Source of the DNA: Methanocaldococcus sp.
GTDB taxonomy: Archaea > AGJL01 > Methanococci > Methanococcales > Methanocaldococcaceae
Assembly: GCA_039833665.1 (NCBI GenBank)
Contig: JBDOKN010000030.1
Location: 1 to 24,000, forward strand
Direction of reading: 5' to 3'
DNA length: 24,000 nt
In this document: piece after piece, positions 1 to 6,791 of the stretch
Position numbering within the stretch: position 1 is the first letter of the stretch
How the letters are laid out: each line of letters begins with the position of its first letter
The notes under the pieces: generated by a model
What the model saw: only the letters and a program-made list of their open reading frames with translations
The model's database searches: none
What the model was told of the DNA's origin: nothing
Program-made: the position numbers and the translations under genes

Positions 1-2
1 TA

Positions 3-218
3 GATAATCCTATTATTGAAGCTTTAAAAAGAGTTAAAGATGTTGGTAAAGATGAAAATGGCTATATTGAATATATAAAGTTCATCAAGAATTTTTTAAG
101 TAGTTATTACTTTGAATGCAAAAAGTTGGAGCATAAGTTCAATTTATCCATATTAAAGCTGTTAGATGAGGCATTTTATATAAGGTATAGTATAGATTGG
201 ATTAGACATTTAGAATAA
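3..218 (+). CDS. 3' end of a protein of unknown function; the 5' part lies outside the window
   Basis: I translated frame 3 by hand. It is open from the window edge to TAA at 216-218 (...DNPIIEALKRVKDVGKDENGYIEYIKF...YSIDWIRHLE*). It is absent from the ORF track because it has no start codon in the window. I recognise no family. Confidence 0.45.
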   Translation, partial: DNPIIEALKRVKDVGKDENGYIEYIKFIKNFLSSYYFECKKLEHKFNLSILKLLDEAFYIRYSIDWIRHLE

Positions 219-290
219 TAAATAAAAACTTTTAAAAATGAGAGTATTAAAAATTAAAAACACAATATTACCAACAAGAAAGGGGATTCT

Positions 291-1265
291 ATGGATTTAA
301 AAAAAGTAGTTAATGAGATAAGGAATTTTGAAGGTATTTTAAGGAAGGTAGCTATTAAAGACGTTGTAGAGACCTTTGATTTTAATGATGAAGATTATGA
401 ATTTGATATTATAGTAGATTTTGGAGATGATGCTGCTGTTATAGGAATAGATGGAGAAAATGCCATTTTATTAGCCGCTGATGGAATTTGGGGAAAGCTT
501 TTGGAGTCAGACCCATGGTGGGCTGGCTATTGCTCTGTCTTAGTTAATTGTAAGGATATAGCGGCAATGGGAGGAAAATGCATAGGTATGACAAACATAA
601 TAAGTATAAAGGATAAGGATATATGTAGGGAGGTTTTGAAGGGAGTTAAGGATGGTGTAAAAAAATTTGGAGTGCCAATGGTTGGTGGGCATACACATCC
701 AGATGCCCTGTGTAATGTTTTAGATGTCTCTATAACCGGTATTGCCAAAAAAGATTGTATATTGAGAAGTGATAATGCAAAAATTGGGGATAAAATAATC
801 TTTGCCTATGACTTAGTTGGGCAGATATATAAATCATTTCCATTGAATTGGGACACAACAACAATGAAGTCAAAAAAATTGGTTAAGGCACAGATGGATG
901 CGTTAGTTTATATTGCCGAAAATAAGTTAGCTAATTCTTGTAAAGATATAAGCAATCCTGGAGCTATTGGAACTTTAGGGATGTTGTTAGAGGTTTCAAG
1001 GAAAGGAGGAGTTGTTGATATAACAAAAATTCCAAAACCAGAAGAGGTTGATTTAATCCACTGGCTTAAAGTTTATCCAGGTAGTGGATATGTTTTAACT
1101 GCAAAAGAAGAGAACTTTAAAGATATTAGGGATGTTTTTGAAGATGTTGAGATGAGTGCAGAGATTTGTGGGGAAGTTATATCTGAAAAGAAATTGTATA
1201 TTACTGATGGTGAAAATAAAGAAGTTGTTTTTGATTTTGAGAAAGAGTTTATTTGTGGGTGTTGA
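291..1265 (+). CDS. AIR synthase-related protein (PurM/ThiL/HypE superfamily), possibly methanogenesis marker protein 2
   Basis: 324 aa. It has the N-terminal DFGDDAAVI motif typical of the PurM/ThiL ATP-binding fold, followed by a PurM-like C-terminal domain. RBS AAAGGGGAT lies upstream of the ATG. The size (~323 aa) and methanogen context fit the TIGRFAM family methanogenesis marker 2, recalled from memory. Confidence 0.65.
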   Translation: MDLKKVVNEIRNFEGILRKVAIKDVVETFDFNDEDYEFDIIVDFGDDAAVIGIDGENAILLAADGIWGKLLESDPWWAGYCSVLVNCKDIAAMGGKCIGMTNIISIKDKDICREVLKGVKDGVKKFGVPMVGGHTHPDALCNVLDVSITGIAKKDCILRSDNAKIGDKIIFAYDLVGQIYKSFPLNWDTTTMKSKKLVKAQMDALVYIAENKLANSCKDISNPGAIGTLGMLLEVSRKGGVVDITKIPKPEEVDLIHWLKVYPGSGYVLTAKEENFKDIRDVFEDVEMSAEICGEVISEKKLYITDGENKEVVFDFEKEFICGC

Positions 1266-1293
1266 TTTTTAATATAATTTTAATGGTGAAACT

Positions 1294-1581
1294 ATGAAAT
1301 TAGCTGTGGATGCTGTTTTTTATGTAAGAGAGGGATTTAATTTTGAAAAAGCATTTAAAGAGGTTTTAAAAATTTTGGGAGAAGATGTTAAAATCTTATC
1401 TGTTGAATATCCAGAGTTGGCTTTAATTTCAGAGGACGGCTATTATTATAGATGTGGGTTTATGCTTGATAAGCCATTAAAAGAAGAATTAAGTAAAGAA
1501 GAGATTAATAAAATCAAAGAAAAAATTAAAAAGTTGTTTGAGGATGAGATAATATACACACTAACTTGTGAGATGCTATGA
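1294..1581 (+). CDS. small conserved hypothetical protein (95 aa)
   Basis: The ORF sits 28 nt after the preceding gene. Its stop overlaps the next gene's start (ATGA at 1578-1581), which suggests translational coupling. No recognisable motif. Confidence 0.6.
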   Translation: MKLAVDAVFYVREGFNFEKAFKEVLKILGEDVKILSVEYPELALISEDGYYYRCGFMLDKPLKEELSKEEINKIKEKIKKLFEDEIIYTLTCEML

Positions 1582-2255
1582 GAGAGGTTAAAGATTTTTA
1601 TGATAATTGGGAGCCAAAAGATTTCCCAAATTATATAAAACTTCTTATAAATTTTGCTGATGAGCTAATATTTGAAGAAATATATTTATTGTTAAAAAAA
1701 TTTGAAAATAAAGAGGATTTTTTAGTTTTAGATTGTGGATGTGGCTTTGGAGCTTTTTATAATTTAACAAAAAATTTTAACACTATATATTTAGATATAT
1801 CGTTAAATTTGCTCAAAAAATTTAAACTCAAAGAGAGAAAGATTTGTGCAAACATATTATATTTGCCTTTTAAAGATAACACGTTTGATTTAGTTTTATG
1901 CATAAACGTTTTAGAGCATGTAAATTATATAAATGCCTTAAATGAAATAAAAAGGGTTTTAAAAAATAATGGGCATTTAATAGTTGTTGTTGTAAATAAA
2001 AATGGCTTAATTAAGGAGGAGATTTTTAACGATTTTGAGATTTTTCATAAACCATTATCTATTGAAGATTTTAAAATAAATGGTTTTAAAATTGTTTATT
2101 CAAACTCAATATACTTTTTACCTTCAATTTTTAAGATATTTCCACCAATAATTTTATCAAAAATCTTAAAATATTGGAAGACAATAGATAAAAAACTCTC
2201 AAAAATTTTTAAAAATAAAGGACAATTTTTAATTGTTGAGATGGTGAAAACATGA
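1578..2255 (+). CDS. class I SAM-dependent methyltransferase
   Basis: 225 aa. It carries the motif I VLDCGCGFG and the post-I/II pattern (DISLNLL...FDLVLCINVLEHV) typical of Methyltransf_11/25 enzymes. ATGA overlaps occur at both ends. Confidence 0.8.
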   Translation: MREVKDFYDNWEPKDFPNYIKLLINFADELIFEEIYLLLKKFENKEDFLVLDCGCGFGAFYNLTKNFNTIYLDISLNLLKKFKLKERKICANILYLPFKDNTFDLVLCINVLEHVNYINALNEIKRVLKNNGHLIVVVVNKNGLIKEEIFNDFEIFHKPLSIEDFKINGFKIVYSNSIYFLPSIFKIFPPIILSKILKYWKTIDKKLSKIFKNKGQFLIVEMVKT

Positions 2256-3061
2256 TTATTTACACATTACCAAAAGGAACTTATAGCGAGATAGCTACAA
2301 AAGAATTTTTAAAATATATTGATGGAAATTGTAAAATAGATTATTGCACTTCTATATACGATATTTTTGAAAAGGTAGATAACGGAGGTTTGGGAGTAGT
2401 TCCAATAGAAAACTCTATTGAGGGCTCTGTATCTTTAACACAAGATTTATTACTACAATTTAAAGATATAAACATATTGGGGGAGTTAGTTTTAGATATT
2501 CATCACAATTTAATCGGCTATGATAAGAATAAGATAAAAACAGTTATTTCCCATCCACAGGCATTGGCACAGTGTAGGAATTATATAAAAAAACATGGTT
2601 GGGAAGTTAAAGCAGTTGAAAGCACAGCTAAGGCAGTAAAACTGGTTGCTGAAAGTAAAGATGAGAGCTTAGGGGCTATTGGTTCAAAGGAATCGGCAAA
2701 ATATTACAACTTAAAAATATTGGATGAAAATATTGAGGACTACAAAAACAATAGAACAAGATTTATTTTAATTGGTAAAAAAGTTAAGTTTAAAACACTT
2801 CCAAAAAAATATAAAAGTTCAATCGTCTTTGAGTTAAAAGAAGATAAACCAGGGGCTTTATATCACATTTTAAAGGAGTTTGCTGAAAGAAATATAAACT
2901 TAACAAGGATTGAGTCAAGACCATCAAAAAAACGGCTGGGAACTTACATATTTTACATTGACTTTGAAAATAACAAAGAAAAGTTGGATGAGATTTTAAA
3001 ATCTTTGGAGAGGCATACAACATTCATTACATTATTGGGGGTTTATCCTGTCTTTGATTAA
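2252..3061 (+). CDS. pheA: prephenate dehydratase
   Basis: 269 aa. The PDT domain (GTYSE...VPIENSIEGSV...ISHPQALAQC) is followed by an ACT domain containing the TRIESRPSKK motif. Confidence 0.9.
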   Translation: MIIYTLPKGTYSEIATKEFLKYIDGNCKIDYCTSIYDIFEKVDNGGLGVVPIENSIEGSVSLTQDLLLQFKDINILGELVLDIHHNLIGYDKNKIKTVISHPQALAQCRNYIKKHGWEVKAVESTAKAVKLVAESKDESLGAIGSKESAKYYNLKILDENIEDYKNNRTRFILIGKKVKFKTLPKKYKSSIVFELKEDKPGALYHILKEFAERNINLTRIESRPSKKRLGTYIFYIDFENNKEKLDEILKSLERHTTFITLLGVYPVFD

Positions 3062-4239
3062 ATTATTCTCCTAAATTCCTTGTAAAATATGTCAGTTGAT
3101 GGATGGACTTCCATGAAGTTGTTATAAACATCTATTCCCCTAATTAACTGGGTGAAGTATGGTAAAATCTCAGCACAGGGCATCATGGTTATAGCCCCAA
3201 CAACCCTTCCATTTTCATAGTATATTTTATTTATACCAATTCCACTTAAAACTTTAAAGAAATTGCCCCTCCCAACGTGGCTTTTTATTATTTTATATTC
3301 ATTTGTTTGCTTTCCTACATAAGATATGGTTAAAGATAACCTAATAGTTTTAGGTATTAGTTCATAATTTGGTTTTATTAGTGGTTTGTTTTTTATTTCA
3401 TTAATAATATTTTGAGCTACCACCCTCCCCTCCATTCTTGATGTTGGTGTGTTTCCTCCACCGTTTATTAAACAATCACCACAAGCATAGGCATTTTCTT
3501 TATTTAAAACCCTCAGGTAGTCATCTGTCTCAAAAATTCCTTTTCCACCAATAGCCAAGATTTTTGTATATCCATCATCTTTTAACAGATTTTCAAGCTC
3601 TTCTTTGTCATTGATTATCTTAAAGTTTATAACTTTCCTCATTAAATAATCTCTAATCTCTTCATCCTTAATCTCTTTTAAAATTTTAGACCTTGTATAT
3701 AAAACAACGTTACAACCAAAATCAGAAAATATTGAAGCATATTCAGCTCCTACTGTCCCTCCACCAATGATTAATATATTTTCTGGAAGTTCTCTTAAAT
3801 TTGGAATATCCTTATGAGTTAAAACTTCATGTCCATTGTAATTGGAAGGGTAGGCCCTTCCAGTGGCATAAACTACATAATCATAACCTTCCCCATATTC
3901 TTCCTTAAATTCCTTATATTTTATATTAACTCCAATCTCTTTTGTCTCATTCTCTAATTTATTTCTAATCTTATCTTGAATTTTGTTTATTTTTTCTTGT
4001 AGCTCTCTAAATGAAATTATTTCTTCTAAATTTATTTTCCTTCCCTTTAAAATACTTAAATTATTTACAATATCTGCCATCTCCCTCAATCCAGTTATAT
4101 AAGTGCATCCATAGTTTAAACAAGTTCCTCCAATCCTATCCCTTTCAAATAAATCAACATCAAATCCATTTTTTGCCAAATACATTGATGTTGTTCTTCC
4201 TGCTGGTCCTCCACCTATAACAGCTATCTTTAACCCCAT
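3058..4239 (-). CDS. FAD-dependent pyridine nucleotide-disulfide oxidoreductase (dihydrolipoamide dehydrogenase-like, class I)
   Basis: 393 aa. It has the N-terminal GxGxxG motif (VIGGGPAG), the redox-active disulfide GGTCLNYGC, a second Rossmann motif (IIGGGTVGAEYA) and a C-terminal VHPS motif resembling the HxHPT interface motif. RBS GGTGG lies upstream. Confidence 0.8.
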   Translation of the reverse strand: MGLKIAVIGGGPAGRTTSMYLAKNGFDVDLFERDRIGGTCLNYGCTYITGLREMADIVNNLSILKGRKINLEEIISFRELQEKINKIQDKIRNKLENETKEIGVNIKYKEFKEEYGEGYDYVVYATGRAYPSNYNGHEVLTHKDIPNLRELPENILIIGGGTVGAEYASIFSDFGCNVVLYTRSKILKEIKDEEIRDYLMRKVINFKIINDKEELENLLKDDGYTKILAIGGKGIFETDDYLRVLNKENAYACGDCLINGGGNTPTSRMEGRVVAQNIINEIKNKPLIKPNYELIPKTIRLSLTISYVGKQTNEYKIIKSHVGRGNFFKVLSGIGINKIYYENGRVVGAITMMPCAEILPYFTQLIRGIDVYNNFMEVHPSTDIFYKEFRRII

Positions 4240-4248
4240 AATTCCACC

Positions 4249-4263
4249 AAAAAAATAAAAAAA
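4249..4263 (-). terminator. double oligo-T tract (T7-A-T7 on the minus strand) after the KamA-like gene
   Basis: The minus strand reads TAAAAATATACTCTATTTTTTTATTTTTTTGGTGGAATTATG. Archaeal RNAP terminates at oligo-T. The tract abuts the RBS of the next gene. Confidence 0.4.
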
Positions 4264-4275
4264 TAGAGTATATTT

Positions 4276-6138
4276 TTAGTAATAATACCAAATTGTCTTA
4301 TATTCTTCAACATCCTCCCCAAGCTCTTTCAAACTATCTAAGTATTCTTTAATTGGCACATCTTCATAAGTGTAGAGCTTAGTTGGATAAATCCCCTTCT
4401 CCCATGGATGCATTAAATAAACCCTACTACCATTTGGCTTTATAGCTATTAACTCCCTATCTTGCCATGCTCTCAAATGGTTTTTCCCCATTCTTGGAAC
4501 ATTAAATACTGGTTCATCTGTTCTAAATGAGCCAGGAAGTAATCTTGCCTCCTCCTTAACCTCCTGGGCTAATCTTGCTATTGGAACTAAGTAATCTTTA
4601 TGCTCCATCTTTCCCTTTGGATAAAAAGTATAGTAAGGGATAATTCCAACCTTCTTTAATGCTATCCTCAAAGCTACATTTTCAAATCTCCTACTAACGT
4701 ATCTGTGATAAACATGCTGATTATAAACATAAATATTATTTGTTCTCAGCTTTTTAACCGCCTCTTTAACTTCTGGTGTTATCTCATAACAACTCTCTAC
4801 ATGCGTTGAAATCATCAAACTCTTTTCAAAACTACCCAACAACTCAGCCAATTCATCAGTTATTCTCATTGGAGCTGTTACTATCGTCCTTGTTCCAAAT
4901 CTAACTCCAATAACATGGTTCATTTCAGAAACTCTGTTTAACATTCTTTCAATTGCCTTGTCATTTAAGCTAAATGGGTCTCCTCCTGTGATAAGAATTT
5001 CAATCATAGAGTCGTGTTCAGCAAACCAATCTAATGCCCTCTCAACCTTTTCCCATCCAGGAAATGCTTTAGCATCAAAGTCCTGAACCATCCAATTTCT
5101 TTGGCAATAGACACAAATCTGTGGGCATGACTCATATGGCTTAATGATGGCTATAGTTACATACCTCCTTGTTACCAAGTCAATTGGTGAAGTGTCATGC
5201 TCCCCCATAAAGTCAAATGCTACATCTCTATCTTCCTTATGCTCAATCATCTTCTCAACATACCACTCTGGTGGAATAACCTGTCTTCTAACTGCCAAAT
5301 CTTCAACGTAAGGATTTTCAAAGTCAAATAAGTGGAGGTAGTAAGGAGTTAATCCAAATGGTATGCCATTCTTTACAGCTTTTTCAATAATCTTTAAATC
5401 ATCATCAGATATTTTAAAGTTTGTTTCCTCTCTAAGCTCTTCCAATGTTTTTAATCCTTTTAGACCTCTCAATACATTTTTAAACTGCCATTTGTAATTA
5501 AACCATTCTTCATCAGTTATTCCAAAAAACTCCTCTAAAACTTCCCTATTTCTCTTTCTTTTTAATATAATTCTTTTATCTAATCCACTTGGATATCTGC
5601 TTATATACTCGCTCATAATTTCATAAACCTTATCTAAAAAGTTAGACCTTGCTATCCCTGCTTCCCTACCTTTTATTTTACTGAAATCAATAAATTTAAC
5701 CCCTTCCTCTAATAATCTTCCCCCTAAGAATCCTAAAGAGTAATCTGCCTTTCCAGACATTGCTAAGAATAAATGCTTAAATTCTTCAATAAATCCCTCC
5801 CCAATTTCTTTTAATGCCTCTTCATCTCCTTTATATGCCTTCCATAAATATTTTAGTGTGCTGAAACCTGCCAATCTTTCATTGTCTTTGGATATTATGT
5901 TTAAAAATACCTCAATTGCCTTTAAAGATAGCCATCTATCAACTTCGTTTTTAAACTTAACCCTTCCCATTCTTATTTTCCACTCCAATTCTTTACAAAA
6001 TTCAAATAATTTCTCTCTTGCTTCTTCTACACTTTCACTCTCTTCCAAAATCGCTCCAATTTCTGGGATTATGTTAAAAATTTCTAAAAATGTTTTATAA
6101 CTAATGGTTTCATACTCAGTCATGGACTTTATAGTCAT
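4276..6138 (-). CDS. KamA-family radical SAM / PLP aminomutase with a long N-terminal extension (candidate glutamate 2,3-aminomutase)
   Basis: The radical-SAM cluster motif is CPQICVYCQR. The C-terminal ~320 aa align collinearly with Clostridium lysine 2,3-aminomutase, recalled from memory: TPYYL, GEHDTSP, ITGGDP, VRFGTRT, NQ, PYY, and the MGK PLP-lysine. I place the start at ATG 6138 (MTIKSM...) because AGGTGAT lies 4 nt upstream. The track's GTG at 6147 sits inside that RBS. Confidence 0.85.
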   Translation of the reverse strand: MTIKSMTEYETISYKTFLEIFNIIPEIGAILEESESVEEAREKLFEFCKELEWKIRMGRVKFKNEVDRWLSLKAIEVFLNIISKDNERLAGFSTLKYLWKAYKGDEEALKEIGEGFIEEFKHLFLAMSGKADYSLGFLGGRLLEEGVKFIDFSKIKGREAGIARSNFLDKVYEIMSEYISRYPSGLDKRIILKRKRNREVLEEFFGITDEEWFNYKWQFKNVLRGLKGLKTLEELREETNFKISDDDLKIIEKAVKNGIPFGLTPYYLHLFDFENPYVEDLAVRRQVIPPEWYVEKMIEHKEDRDVAFDFMGEHDTSPIDLVTRRYVTIAIIKPYESCPQICVYCQRNWMVQDFDAKAFPGWEKVERALDWFAEHDSMIEILITGGDPFSLNDKAIERMLNRVSEMNHVIGVRFGTRTIVTAPMRITDELAELLGSFEKSLMISTHVESCYEITPEVKEAVKKLRTNNIYVYNQHVYHRYVSRRFENVALRIALKKVGIIPYYTFYPKGKMEHKDYLVPIARLAQEVKEEARLLPGSFRTDEPVFNVPRMGKNHLRAWQDRELIAIKPNGSRVYLMHPWEKGIYPTKLYTYEDVPIKEYLDSLKELGEDVEEYKTIWYYY

Positions 6139-6377
6139 AAATATCACCTACACCATTTGATTTAAATAATTTGATATTCATTAATTCTTTAAACATTTTA
6201 TAACTGCTATATATTTTATGCAATAAATAACGATTCTGCCAGAAAATTACATCAAATCTTTAAATAAAAAATAGGAAACCCCTTTTAGATAAAAACTCAA
6301 AACCTTTAAAAATTAGTATCTGCCTTCATATTAACAATGTCGATAATCATATAAAAATTTTTTTATTATTTTAATTA

Positions 6378-6720
6378 CCATTAGTTGTCGCTAAGAAACT
6401 CTGCTTTAGGGCGGTGATGAATTAAGGGAGGTGGGTGGGACAAGCATAATTTTTATATCCTCGAAACAGAATACTAACTATTGCCCCCAATCCACGTTAT
6501 TATGGGCGGGATTCAAGCGAAATCAAAGATTTCGCTACCCGAAGCTTCGCTTCGGTCTCGAAAATCCCGCCGCTGGGGGCTAATGGTTGGGAGAAGGTAG
6601 CCCCGAGTCCCGTAAGGGACAGGGGTAGTGGCTTTGACGGAGCCGGGGAGAGTAGCTTTAAAGCTCTGCCCTCCCGAAACTCCGCCCTTTAGGGCGGAGA
6701 ACCGTCATTAATGGAATCCT
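6378..6720 (+). ncRNA. unassigned GC-rich, highly structured RNA locus (one ~340-nt RNA, or a ~75-nt RNA plus a ~235-nt RNA); strand tentative
   Basis: This is a GC-rich island in AT-rich intergenic DNA.
Perfect helices:
- 6483-6489/6574-6580
- 6505-6513/6563-6571
- 6516-6524/6528-6536
- 6539-6545/6549-6555
- 6576-6582/6598-6604
- 6607-6611/6616-6620 (GUAA loop)
- 6635-6640/6702-6707
- 6680-6687/6692-6699
- 6378-6384/6708-6714

The plus strand is favoured by the GNRA loop, by G.U pairs and by the T-rich run 6721-6735 directly after the last helix. The minus strand is not excluded. No known family motif was found. Confidence 0.6.
6450..6459 (+). promoter_or_regulatory. TATA-box-like element (TTTTTATATC) inside the GC-rich RNA locus; it doubles as a U5 termination signal
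   Basis: This is the best match in the region to the methanogen box A TTTATATA. The 7-bp helix starting at G6483 lies ~24 nt downstream, which is the normal TATA-to-TSS spacing. Confidence 0.35.
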
Positions 6721-6791
6721 TCTTTATTTTTTATTAGAATTATTAAATAACATTATAGATGTGCAAAATTAAAAAAGAAGTTAAAATGATA

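Noticed and set aside
6415-6421. C/D box sRNA suggested by GUGAUGA (also AUGAUGA at 13764-13770 and UGAUGA on the minus strand near 12663-12668)
   Set aside because: No CUGA D or D' box occurs at a suitable distance on the same strand in any of the three cases. At 13765/13813 the motif is simply one arm of an inverted repeat.
6483-6583. tRNA-like gene (7-bp acceptor-like stem GCCCCCA/UGGGGGC)
   Set aside because: There is no T-arm: only 2 nt separate the inner stem from the 3' acceptor strand. There are no D-loop GG residues. The would-be anticodon arm is a 9-bp stem closing a two-hairpin junction.
6431-6586. 51-codon GTG-initiated ORF preceded by the SD-like GGGAGG, inside the GC-rich island
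   Set aside because: It runs straight through perfect RNA helices and the AT-rich promoter/terminator block. Its composition is Arg/Gly/Pro-rich, which is atypical of this proteome. GC-rich RNA genes routinely produce such open frames.
6378-6720. RNase P RNA (type M) as the identity of the GC-rich island
   Set aside because: Its size and its position in a Methanocaldococcus-like genome made this tempting. However, neither strand contains the universal CR-I/P4 motif (GNAANNUCNGNG / GAGGAAAGUCC) or an ACAGAA-GGCUUA-type CR-V at the right place. The only ACAGAA lies in the AT-rich spacer near the 5' end. The helix topology also does not match P1-P4.
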